NCBI RefSeq assembly: GCF_963921235.1 | Contig: NC_086108.1 | Span: 51,152,001-51,216,000 of the forward strand | Length of the DNA stretch: 64,000 bases | Direction of reading: 5' to 3' | From: Mobula hypostoma | Lineage: Eukaryota | Part shown: positions 52,965 to 64,000 of the stretch, piece by piece | How the letters are laid out: every line of letters begins with the position of its first letter | Position numbering within the stretch: the stretch's first letter is position 1 | Translations under genes and position numbers: made by a program | Notes under the pieces: generated by a model | What the model was told of the DNA's origin: nothing | The model's input: the letters and a program-made list of their open reading frames with translations, nothing else | Database searches by the model: none

Positions 52965-54900
52965 GAATCAGAACCCGGTTAATATCACTGCCGTATGTTA
53001 TGAAATTTGTTATTTCACGGCAGCAGTACATTGCAATACATAATAATAAAACTACAGATTACAATAAGTATATATTAAAAAATAAATGAAGTAATTAGCA
53101 CAAAAAGACAAAAAAAATAGCGAGGTAGTGTTCAAGGGTTCACTGTCCAGGAAATCTGATGGCGGATGGGAAGGAGCTGTTCGTGAAATGTTGAGTATGT
53201 GTTCAGCCTCCTGTACTCCCTCCTTTATGGTAGCAATGAGAAAAGGGCTAACCCTTCCTGAAGTTCATAATCAATTCCTTTGTCTTAATAATGTTGAGTG
53301 CAAGGTTTTCGTTGCAACACTACTTAACCAGCTGTTCTACCTTGTCCCCATGCGCTTCCTCGTCATCATCTGAGATTCTGTCAATAATAGTTGTGTCATC
53401 AGACAACTTATAGATGCAGTTTGAGTTGTGCCTAGCCACATAGCCATGGGTGTAGAGTAGAGCAGAGCAGTGGGCTAAGCACACATCCTTGAGGTGCAGT
53501 AGTGTTGATTGTCAGCAAGATGTTATTTCCGACCTGCACTGACTGTGGTCTCCCAGTGAGGAAGTCAAGGATTCAGTTGCAGGGTGGGATATAGAGACAC
53601 AGGTTTTGGAGCTTGTTTTGGAGCTTACTGAGGATATGATGGTGTTGAACACTAAGGTGTAATAAATAAACAGCAGCCTGATGTAGGTATTGCTATTGTC
53701 TAGGTCCAAGACCAACAGAAGAGCTAGTGAGGATGCATATGTTGTAGACCTATTGTGGCAATAGGCAAATTGCAGTAGGTCCAGGATCTTGCTTTGGAAG
53801 GAGTTGATTCTAACTATGACCAACCTCTCTAAGCATTTCAAATGCAAGAAGCCAATTAATTCTTACAAGACAAAACCTAACATCATAAATGGCTGTGATG
53901 CTTCACTCCCAGATGAGCACAATGCTTTTTATGCATACTTGAAAAGAGAGAATAAAACATGTGTGCTGTATCTGGTGACCATGTAATTTCTGATTCAGAG
54001 ACCAAAGTCAAACATCTTTCAAAAGGTTGAACCCTCTTAAAGCATCAGGCCCTGATGGTAGGGCATTGAGCTCATCAGGGAGTGAAGCATCACTGCTAGT
54101 CATTATGTTAGGTTTCAGCCTGCAAACCCTGCCAGAGCTGGTATGCATCCAGTTCCATCTCTAACTTCAATCGAAATTGTTTTCTCCCTCTTACAATAGC
54201 CTTCCATAAGTCATACCTGAACCTCCTCTATAGCTCTGATCACCAGTCTTAAATGCCACAGAGCTAGCTCTCAGCAGACTACACGTCTCCTGGATCATCC
54301 ACAGCTTTTGGTCGGGTATGTCCAGTATATTCTCGAAGGCACACACTCATCAATACAGGTCTTGATGAAGTCAGTGACAACTGTCATATATTAAACGCAA
54401 ACAACAGGAATTCTGCAGATGCTGGAAATTCAAGCAACATACATCAAAGTTGCTGGTGAACGCAGCAGGCCAAGCAGCATCTATAGGAAGAGGTGCAGTC
54501 GACGTTTCAGGTTAAGGGTCTTGGCCTGAAACGTCGACTGCACCTCTTCCTATAGATGCTGCTTGGCCTGCTGCGTTCACCAGCAACTTTGATGTATGTT
54601 ACTGTCATATATTAATTCACATTCAAAGATGAGATGGAACAGCATGATAAGTGTTCTTGATGGTGGTATAACAGTTTTCAAGTGTGCTGGCTCCTCTAGT
54701 TGTTCAGAGACTTCATCAAGCTGGCCTGAAATCTCCCACAATGATAAAGAAGGTATCAGGGTTTTCTGACTGCTGATCATGGTGCTCAGCTTCTCCAGTG
54801 CCAGCCAGATGCTGGCCTAAACTGGAATGTACACCGCTACCAGATTTACAGCAGAAAAGACCCTAAACAGATAAAACACCACTAGATGTTCCAGGTCGGG
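52965..54900 (-). mobile_element. Rearranged, decayed Rex1/Babar LINE (internal inversion ~53840-54070; hosts the fold-back insertion)
   Basis: KCLERLV...LDLLQFAYCHNRST...LDNSNTYIRLLFI.Y...FNTI on minus; DASLPDEHNAFYA on plus. Confidence 0.75.
54395..54600. mobile_element. Young fold-back insertion of PLE tail sequence, 206 bp, with perfect 76-bp inverted arms and 15-bp TSD
   Basis: Arms 54436-54511 and 54525-54600 are exact reverse complements; ACTGTCATATATTAA at 54380-54394 and 54601-54615; near-identical to 4937-5051. Confidence 0.92.
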
Positions 54901-55069
54901 GAACTCAGTGGTTAAAGGGTCAGGCAGCATCAGAGCAAATCAACAGTTGACATTGCAGGTCGAGACCCTTCAGTGTGCATAAAATAGCAGGAAAAGGCCA
55001 AAAAAGACTGGTTGGCCTATTCAACAAACCAAATACTCAAAACATGACTGAGAGATTTCACAAATATAT

Positions 55070-55495
55070 CTCCCTGAAAGCGGCTCTACAGGTTGATAGG
55101 GTGGTAAAGGGTGGCATTTATTAGTTAAGGAATTGAGTTAAAGATTTGAGAAGTTATGTTGCATCTTTATAAAACTAATTAGCCGCATCTGGAGCATTGC
55201 ATTCATTTTGGTTACCCCATTATAGGAAGGATATCAAGACTTTGGAGAGGGTGCAAAAGAGGTTTAACCAAGATGTTAGCTGGATTAGAGGGCACATGCT
55301 AAAAGGAAAGTATGGATAAACTTGGGTTATTTTCTCTGGAGTGGTGGAGGCTGAGATGAGTCTAATAGAATCTTATAAGATGATGAGAGGAAAAGATAAA
55401 GAGTGGAAAGCCAGCATCTTTTTCCCAAGGATGAAATGTCTAATAACAGAGATGAGAGAGAGTAAGTTCAAAGGAGATGAGTGGGTCAGTGAGTG
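55070..55495 (+). mobile_element. Decayed CR1 3' fragment
   Basis: Collinear with 1570-1990. Confidence 0.75.
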
Positions 55496-55552
55496 TGAAA
55501 TGGAGACACCTCTTTTTCCCTTATTAGGAAGGGGGAGAGGGTGGGGGGGAGG

Positions 55553-55627
55553 GGAGACACAGAGACAGAGAGAGACACAGAAAGAGACAGAGAGACAGAC
55601 AGAGAATGAGAGAGAGAGAGAGAGACA
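55553..55627 (+). repeat. (GA)n/(GACA)n low-complexity microsatellite
   Basis: Direct inspection. Confidence 0.85.
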
Positions 55628-57134
55628 AAAAGACAATGAATGAGTATGAATTACCGGGTGAACGAGTAGTCTTTGGGGTACTGCAAGTCTGTGTCTTTAT
55701 TGATTCTTTGTTGTACATTTGAGTGCTCAGTGGGGGGTGCTGATGCTTTTTCACTGGTGGGGGAGGGGGATTGTCACTTTGCTGCTGTGTGGGGGGGGAG
55801 CTGAGGGAGTGCTTTGGAGTTCTAACATTTAATTGTCATTCATTCTTTGGGGCACTTCTCTGTTTTCATGGATGTTTGCGAAGAAAAAGAATTTCAGGAT
55901 GTATATTGTATACATTTCTCCAACATTAAATGTACCTATTGAAAGCTATTGAATTTTTTTTTAAATCACTCAAAAGGTTTTAAAAATAGTCATAACATTG
56001 AGCAAAAAACAGAAGGATATGGACATTGTATAGGGAAAAAAGAATTAGCTTAGTTGGGCATTTGATCACTAATTTAATTAGTTCAGAATACTGAAATAAG
56101 GAAAAGATATCTGCATTTATACTTAAGAGAAAACAGCTTACAAATATTAACACAAATTTAAATATCACCTACCAATAGTGATCCGAAAGAAATCGCATTG
56201 CACTTATCATTTTATCTTATCATCTATAAAAACAAAGTCAAATATATACCTCATCCAAATGAGCGCTAAGATCACACCTCTAAAGATGATCCATACTCAA
56301 CTTTTAATTCAAAATCGGAAATGGAATTTGCTATGCATAAATTTGATTCATCAACAATGCATTAAATGATATTGACCCACGAATCTTATTTGAAACAAGT
56401 TCTTAAAGGAGCTAAGTGAAATGAATGATGAAAAAATCTGGAAGAGGAATTCAAGAACATGGGAGTTTGATATCCTTTAAGTTACGGCAGCGAGGATAAA
56501 AAGAACAGATGCATAAAGAGTAAGGAATTTAGTGTTCAGAGGAGCAATATCTAGATGTGAGGGTTAGAAGGACATTGATTTACTTATTTATTATGACACA
56601 GGAAGCCTTCTGACTAATCCAGTTTATGCCAGCAGAGAAATTCCCCTTCTCTATGTTTACTTGTGGCCCTGCAACTTAATGTCTCTTACATCAACTCCCC
56701 TTTTTCATTCTTTTGCCATCTCCCTAAGCAGTAATTTCCAATGGTCAATTAAACTACCAGTGATTAACCCATCATCAGACCCTAGTCCCAAGAGCCAGGA
56801 GGCTGCAGCACTAACAGCTGTACATCACTGTGCCATTCTGAAGAACTAAATAAACTTTTTTTAGGTTTATGATGTGATACAATAAAGTTCTTAACTGAAG
56901 ATGATGGCAACAAAAACCATCCACCCTTGGTTGCAAAGATTTTAGGTCAAATGATTTACAATTGTCAGCATTTTCCAGGGTTTTTAAAATTAAGTGATTT
57001 ATACTGTATATTGAGATAATTACATTCAAAAGTTCTGAAGTTTATAAGCAATATTTACTAAGAGTAAAATATTGGTATTGCTCATTCCAGAGTTCACAGA
57101 TACACTGTAACAATTTCACATGTAATCAATCTCA

Positions 57135-57302
<168 letters not shown>

Positions 57303-57540
57303 TTACAATGTAGACCCAAAATGTCAATCAATGCAGATGCAACTCAATAGGCAAAGTTTGTTAACCCTTTGCAATTACCTAGCTTTCTGCATTAATTACT
57401 CATAAAATATGGTTTGATCTTCAAACGCAATCTGCATAAATTCATAACACACTAACAATTGTACTTCTTCTCTTCAATACGGAGTACACCATTTAAACAA
57501 TCACAGTCTAGGTTCAAAAAAAGTATGTGTGCCTCTGGGG

Positions 57541-58716
57541 ATCTACTGACACTACCAGTCAACAGATGACGCAATAGCCACAACTCTACACATCATCCTT
57601 GCACATCTGGAGATGAGGGATGCTTATGTGAGAATGTGTTGTGGGACTACAGTTCAGCATTCAATACCACAATTCCCTCCAGGCTCAACAAGAAGCTCAG
57701 AGACCTCGGCCTTCACCCTGCCTCGTGTAGCTGGATCCTAGACTTCCTGTCAGATCACTGGCAGGTGGCAAGAGTGGGCTCCCTCACCTCTACTCATCTG
57801 ACTCTCAACTTGGGTGCCCCTCACAGCCGTGTACTAAGCCCCCTCCTTTACTCTCTGTATACCCATGACTGTGTCACCACCCATAGCTCCAATCTGCTAA
57901 TTAAATTTGATGACAACACTACACTGATTGGCCTAATCTCAAATAATAATGAAGCAACCTGCAGAGAAGAAGTCATCACCTTTGACACAGTGGTATCAAG
58001 AAAACCTCTCCCTCAATGTCACAAAAACAAAGAAGCTGGTTGTGGACTACAGGAGGAACAGAGATAGGTTAGCCCCTATTGACATCAATGGATCTGGAGT
58101 TGAGAGGGTGAACAGCTTTAAGTTCCCCGGCATAAACATCACCAAGGATCTCGTGGTCTGTACATACCAGCTATGTGGTGAAAAAGGCACAATAACACCT
58201 CCTTCACCTCAGACGGTTGAAGGAGTTTGGTATGGGCCCCCAATCCTAAGAGCTTTCTATAGGGGCACAATTGAGAGCATCCTGACTGGCTGCATCACTG
58301 CCTGGTATGGGAACTGTACTTCCCTCAATCGCAGGACTCTGCAGAGAGTGGTGTGGACAGCCCAGCATATCTGTAGATGTGAACTTCCCACTATTCAGGA
58401 CATTTACAAAGACAGATGTGTAAAAAGGGCCCAAAGGTTCACTGGGGACCTGAGTCACCCCAATCACAAACTGTTCCAGCTGCTACCATCTGGGAAACAG
58501 CACATAAAAGCCAGGACCAACAGGCTCCAGGACAGCTTCTTCCACCAGGCCATCAACTGATTAATTCATGCTGATACAATTGTATTTCTATGTTATATTG
58601 ACTGTCCTGTTGTACATACCATTATAAATGACTATAAATTGCACATATAGATGGAGATGTAACGTAAAGATTTTTACTCAAGTATATGAAAAATGTAAAT
58701 AAAAAATGTCAATTCA
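57541..58716 (+). mobile_element. Rex1/Babar LINE 3' fragment nested in Tc1
   Basis: DYSSAFNT.IPS.L...VLSPLLYSLYTHDC...IKF.D; FYRGTIESILTGCITAWYGNC. Confidence 0.88.
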
Positions 58717-58853
58717 ATGTCTTCTACAAAAGCTATCTGGAGGAGTCAGGTGTTTCAATCAATGAGATGAGATTGGAGGTGTAGGTTGTAGAGGTGCACT
58801 GTCCGATTAAAAAGCCACACAAAGTCAGGTAACTGACAGAACCTGCTCTTCTC

Positions 58854-60770
58854 TTTCTTTCTTTTTAAATCTTTTTATTGAGTAAGTATACAAAAAAGGT
58901 AAGCCATATAAACATTAATACAATGTTAAAGTATAATAAAATTCCAAAAGATAACAATACCAAAAAGAAAATACTACAAACAATGTAATTTAAGCATAAG
59001 AAACCAAAATAACATAATAGTATACTAGATTTTATATATATCAATGGAAAAAAAGAAAAAAAAAACCCCAAAAAAAAACCCACCGTGCAACTAACTAAAA
59101 GCAAAGCAAAGCAATGGGCTAACTTGAAACCAAACAGAGTTAAACTTAAAATCACGTCCTCAATCCCGACCTCCATTAAAACAGTGAAAAAAAACAAGAA
59201 GGGTAAATATTACATTAAATGAAAATATCGAATAAAAGGTCCCCAAATCTGTTCAAATTTAAATGAAGAATCATAAAGGTTACTTCTAATTTTCTCCAGA
59301 TTCAAACATAAAATCGTCTGAGAAAACCAAAAAAAGGTAGTTGGAGCATTAAGCTCTTTCCAATGTTGTAAAATACATCTTTTCGCCATTAAAGTAAGAA
59401 ATGCAATCATTCTACGGGCTGAAGGGGAAAGATTACTAGAAATTTTAGGTAGTCCAAAGATAGCAGTAATAGGGTGAGGAGAGATATCTATATTTAATAC
59501 CTTAGAAATAATATTGAAAATATCTCTCCAAAAAGTTTCCAAAGTAGGGCAAGACCAAAACATATGAGTTAAAGAGGCTATCTGCCCCGAACATCTATCA
59601 CAGAAAGGATTAATATGCGAGTAAAAACGCGCTAACTTATCTTTGGACATATGTGCTCTATGCACCACTTTAAATTGAATTAGGGAATGTTTAGCACAAA
59701 TAGAGGAAGTATTAACTAATTGTAAAATCTGCCCCCAATCATCCACAGAAATGGTAAGCCCCAATTCCTGTTCCCAATCTACCCTAATCTTATCAAATGG
59801 AGCTTTCCTGAGTTTCATAATAATATTATAAATCATAGCCGATGCACCTTTCTGACATGGATTAAGGTTAATTATCGAATCTAAAATATATATAGGAGGA
59901 AGCATTGGAAAGGAAGGAAGTATAGTACTTAGAAAATTTCTAACTTGTAAATATCTAAAAAAATGTATTCTTGATAGGTTATATTTATTAGATAATTGTT
60001 CAAAAGACATAAGGGAACCATCTAAAAATAAATCCAAAAACCGTAAAATACCCTTAGTCTTCCAAGTTTGAAAAGCGCGATCCGTAAAAGAGGGAGGAAA
60101 AAATGTTACCTAAAATAGGAATCACTAACCCGAATTGATTAAGATCAAAAAATTTTCTGAATTGAAACCAAATACGCAAAGCATATTTAACGATCGGGTT
60201 AGAGACCTGCTTAAGGCGTTTCGAATCAAAAGGAAGAGATGAACCTAAAATAGAACCAAGTGTATAACCCTGAACAGATTGTAATTCCAATGCTACCCAT
60301 TTAGGAATAGATAGTATATCCCGGTCAAGTAACCAAAATTTCATATGTCGAATATTAATAGCCCAATAATAAAATCTAAAGTTAGGTAATGCTAAACCTC
60401 CATCTCTCTTAGCTTTCTGTAAATGTATTTTACCCAGTCTCGGATTCTTATTCTGCCAAATAAATGAAGAAATTTTAGAGTCGACTTTATCAAAAAAAGA
60501 TTTAGGAACGAAAATTGGTAATGCCTGAAACACATATAAAAATTTTGGCAAAAAAAACATCTTAACTGCATTAATACGACCAATCAAAGTTAAATATAAA
60601 GGAAACCATTTAGATGAAAGTTGAGTAATATGGTCTATTAATGGTAAAAAGTTAGTCTTAAATAAATCTTTATGTTTACAAGTAATTTTAATCCCAAGAT
60701 ATGAAAGGTAATTATTAATCAATTTAAATGGAAATTTATAATATAAGGGAAGATGTTTATTAATCGGAAA
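58854..60770 (-). mobile_element. Young 5'-truncated L1-clade LINE (ORF2 C-terminal part, 3'UTR, A-rich tail) nested in Tc1 with a 10-bp TSD
   Basis: YLGIKIT, LTLIGRINAVKM, GGLALPNFRFYYWA and CCHC finger CDRC...LTHMFWSC; AATAAA plus A-rich tail; TGCTCTTCTC at 58844-58853 and 60771-60780. Confidence 0.93.
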
Positions 60771-62261
60771 TGCTCTTCTCAAGAAAGATCTGTTTATGTG
60801 CACCATGCATCGATCAAAACAACTTTCAGAGGACCTTACAAGAAGAATTATAGAGATGCATGAAACTGGAAAAAGCTCCAAAATCATTTTAAAGACCTGA
60901 GTCATCAGACCACAGTAAGAGAAATTGTCTACAAGTGGAGGAAACTCAGTATTGTTGCTACTCTCCCTAGGAGTGGGCATCCTGCGAAGATCACACCAAG
61001 AGCACAATGTGCGATGCTAAAGCAGAAGAAAATGAAACCCAAGAGTAACAGCAAAAGATCTGTAGAAATCTCTAGAACTTGCTAAATTCTCTGTTCAAGT
61101 ATCCATTCCAAAAAAACACTGCTGCATGTCTCAAATTTGCAAAAGTCCACCTGGGTGTTCCACAACACTTCTGGGACAATGTTCTGTGGACAGATGAGAC
61201 AAAAGTTGAACTTTCTGGCAGAAATGCACACCACTATGTTTGGAGGAAAGAGGGCTCTGTACACCAACACCAAAACCTCACCCCAATTGTGAAGCTGGTG
61301 GAAGGAACATCAAGGTTTGGGGCTGCTTTGTTGCCTCAGGGCCTTGAGAGAATATTGAATTCAAAATTGTATCAAGACATTTTACAGGACAATGTCAGGG
61401 AAGCAGTCTGTCACCTGAAGCTTAATAGAAGTTGGATGATGCAACAAACAATGATCCAAAACACAATAGTAAATGAACAGCAGAATGGAATGATTTAAAA
61501 AGAAGAAAGTTCAAAATTCATGTTTTGGAATGGCTAGGTCAGAGTCCAGAGCTTAGCCTAATTGAGATGCTGTGGCATGACCTGAAGACGGCTGCTCATG
61601 CAAGGTATCACAGAAATATTAGTGAACTGAAACAGTTTTGTATAGAGGAATGGTCAAAAATTCCTCCTCACTAGTCTGAGCAGCAGCTACAGAAATTGTT
61701 TGGTGGACGTTACTGTTGCAATAGGAGGTCCTACCAATTATTAAATACAAGGGTTCACATACTTTTTCCAGCCTGAGTTGTGAATAATTAAACAATGTGT
61801 TCAATAAAGACATGAAAAGTAAAACTGTTTGTGTGTTATTAGTTTAGGCAGGTTGTGTTTGTTTATTATTGTGACTTAGATGAAGATCAGACTATATTTT
61901 ATGAGTAATAATGCAGCAAAACCACGTAATTCCAAAGGGTTCACAAACTATTTCTTGCAACTATAAATTAATGTAAGAACAGAGAACCAAAAGTACAAAT
62001 ATATATTTAATGGCAATGTGAGGCAATTATAAAATTATGTCTCCAATGAAAGCTGTCTAAGTAATGCTAAGGTCCTCATTACTCATGATTTAACAGGTTG
62101 TTAGAATAGACTCCCAGAGTCTGCTGCTCTGCTTTCAGTTTGAGTGAATAGAGTGGAAGAAATTGCTTTTCTGTGGAGTTAAATAAAATGGATAAAGAAT
62201 AAATAAGAAATAGTAACTAGAGAGAGAACCTCAAGTGAGACAGATGAAGCTTTTCGAACTA

Positions 62262-62609
<348 letters not shown>

Positions 62610-62757
62610 CTAAAAGATACGGTAAAAGTTCAGGGTCTTGCGCCCATGATGTTGTGCTGAACTAATGAAATTAACAATCAAACCCCCAACTAAACTAATC
62701 ATCTTCCTGCACATTCATGTGACAATCTAAGAGCCTCTTGAATGCTTCTTGAATGTA

Positions 62758-64000
62758 CAGGTTTCCCCCGCCATTCGAAGGTAGAGCGTTCCTATGAAAC
62801 GGTTCGTAAGCTGGAATGTCGTAAAGCGAAGAAGCAATTACAATTTATTTATATGGGAAAATTTTGTGAGCGTTCGCAGACCCAAAATAACCTACCAAAT
62901 CATGCCAAATAACACATAAAACCTAAAATAACAGTAACATATAGTAAAAGCAGGAATATGATAAATACATAGCCTATATAAAATAGAAATACTTTTCCAC
63001 AATCATTACTGCACTGTTCTCTGTAGCAAAAATCTCACGCAAGCGCCGTCAGCAGAAAATCTCATGCAAGCGCTGTTGGCAAAAACACGGTGCAAGCGCT
63101 CTCAGTAACCTTTAAGCTATGAAGCTGCCAAATCATACCAAAGAAGACGTAAAAATACACGGTCTATATAAAGTAGAAATAATGTACATACAGTGTAGTA
63201 TCACTTACAGGAATTGGGAAGACACCTTGCCGAGCACACTGATGATGGTGTGTTAGGCTGAGTCGTCGCAGGTTGGGGTGGTGCAGTGGCTCCCACCCTC
63301 CAGGCCACCAACCGATACCGATCCATGAAGCACGCAGGGGTGCAGCGGTAGCCGGGAGGCACACAGCGCATCTTTAAGAAAAAAACCGAAACAAACATGC
63401 TAATTAATTAGGTGACACCCAGCATATAATTGTCGGGCAGTACCTAATTAATTAGCTTGTTTATTTCGGTTTTTTTCTTAAAGATGTGCTGTGTGCCTCC
63501 CGGCTACCACTGCATTCTCCACGAATCGGTATCTGTCTGTGGCCTGGGGGCTGGGGTGTCATCTCATCGTCATCTGTTTCCATTAGGGCAGGCAGGTCAT
63601 CTTCTATGTCTGCCCGCCTTGATGTCGAAGGTCGAGGTTCGTCGTCTGCTGTGGCTGATGTGGAAGGCTTGCTTGACTGCTGAGCCTCGCGCATTTTTCT
63701 ATCATACAGTTCTTTGTAAGGACTCAAACCATCTTGCAAATATCTCCTAAACCTATGTACCCTTTCAAACTTAAAGTCGTACTTTATCATTGCAGCGAAA
63801 ATCTCACGCAGTTGCTTCACGTTCAGTTCGCTACTGCATTTGGTTTTGATTGTTATCCTTTTTTCTTCCAATTGCATCAGCTCTTCATCTATCAGATCTT
63901 GGTCATGGGATGCCAAAACCTCTTCAACATCATCTTCATCAGCTTCCACGAGCCAAACTCACTTTGTCCTTACTTCGTTCACCATGATCGAAACGCTTAA
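62758..64000 (-). mobile_element. Tigger/pogo-family DNA transposon, 3' part; continues off the right edge
   Basis: TA|CAGGTTTCCCCCG terminus; acidic transposase C-terminus EADEDDVEEVLASHDQDLIDEELMQLEE (ORF 63461..63949). Confidence 0.8.
63341..63514. repeat. Internal 73-bp inverted repeat (4 mismatches, 28-nt spacer) in the Tigger-like element
   Basis: Arms 63341-63413 and 63442-63514 compared base by base. Confidence 0.9.

Larger units (their letters stand above)
57334..61963 (+). mobile_element. Third Tc1 copy (transposase on plus) expanded by two nested LINE insertions
   Basis: Left TIR remnant at ~57334-57540, right end ...TTTCTTGCAACTA|TA; FWDNVLWTDETKVEL motif in ORF 61079..61498. 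Confidence 0.88.

Noticed and set aside
60054..61007. 317-aa ORF that looks like a novel fusion protein
   Set aside because: Chance read-through from antisense Tc1 sequence across the TSD (60771-60780) into L1 ORF2; it is a junction artefact.

Overview
Vertebrate genomic DNA; the repeat content (CR1, Rex1/Babar, Penelope-like, DeuSINE) suggests a cartilaginous fish, which is inference. The window holds eight consecutive internal coding exons of KIFAP3 (kinesin-associated protein 3) on the minus strand, from 62504 down to 9353. They splice into one uninterrupted frame, and both ends of the gene lie outside the window. One intron (37626-47691) is a clear U12-type AT-AC minor intron. The introns are packed with mostly decayed and often nested transposons: Penelope-like elements (PLE), CR1, Rex1/Babar, L1/Tx1, L2, Tc1, Tigger/pogo, a hAT MITE and tRNA-derived SINEs. 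The most notable non-coding signals are (i) two intact minimal type I hammerhead ribozyme motifs in young PLE copies and (ii) two ~200-bp fold-back insertions built from the PLE hammerhead tail, each flanked by a perfect 15-bp direct repeat. Exon, TSD and hairpin coordinates were read base by base; boundaries of decayed repeats are approximate and family names were assigned by eye, without a database search.
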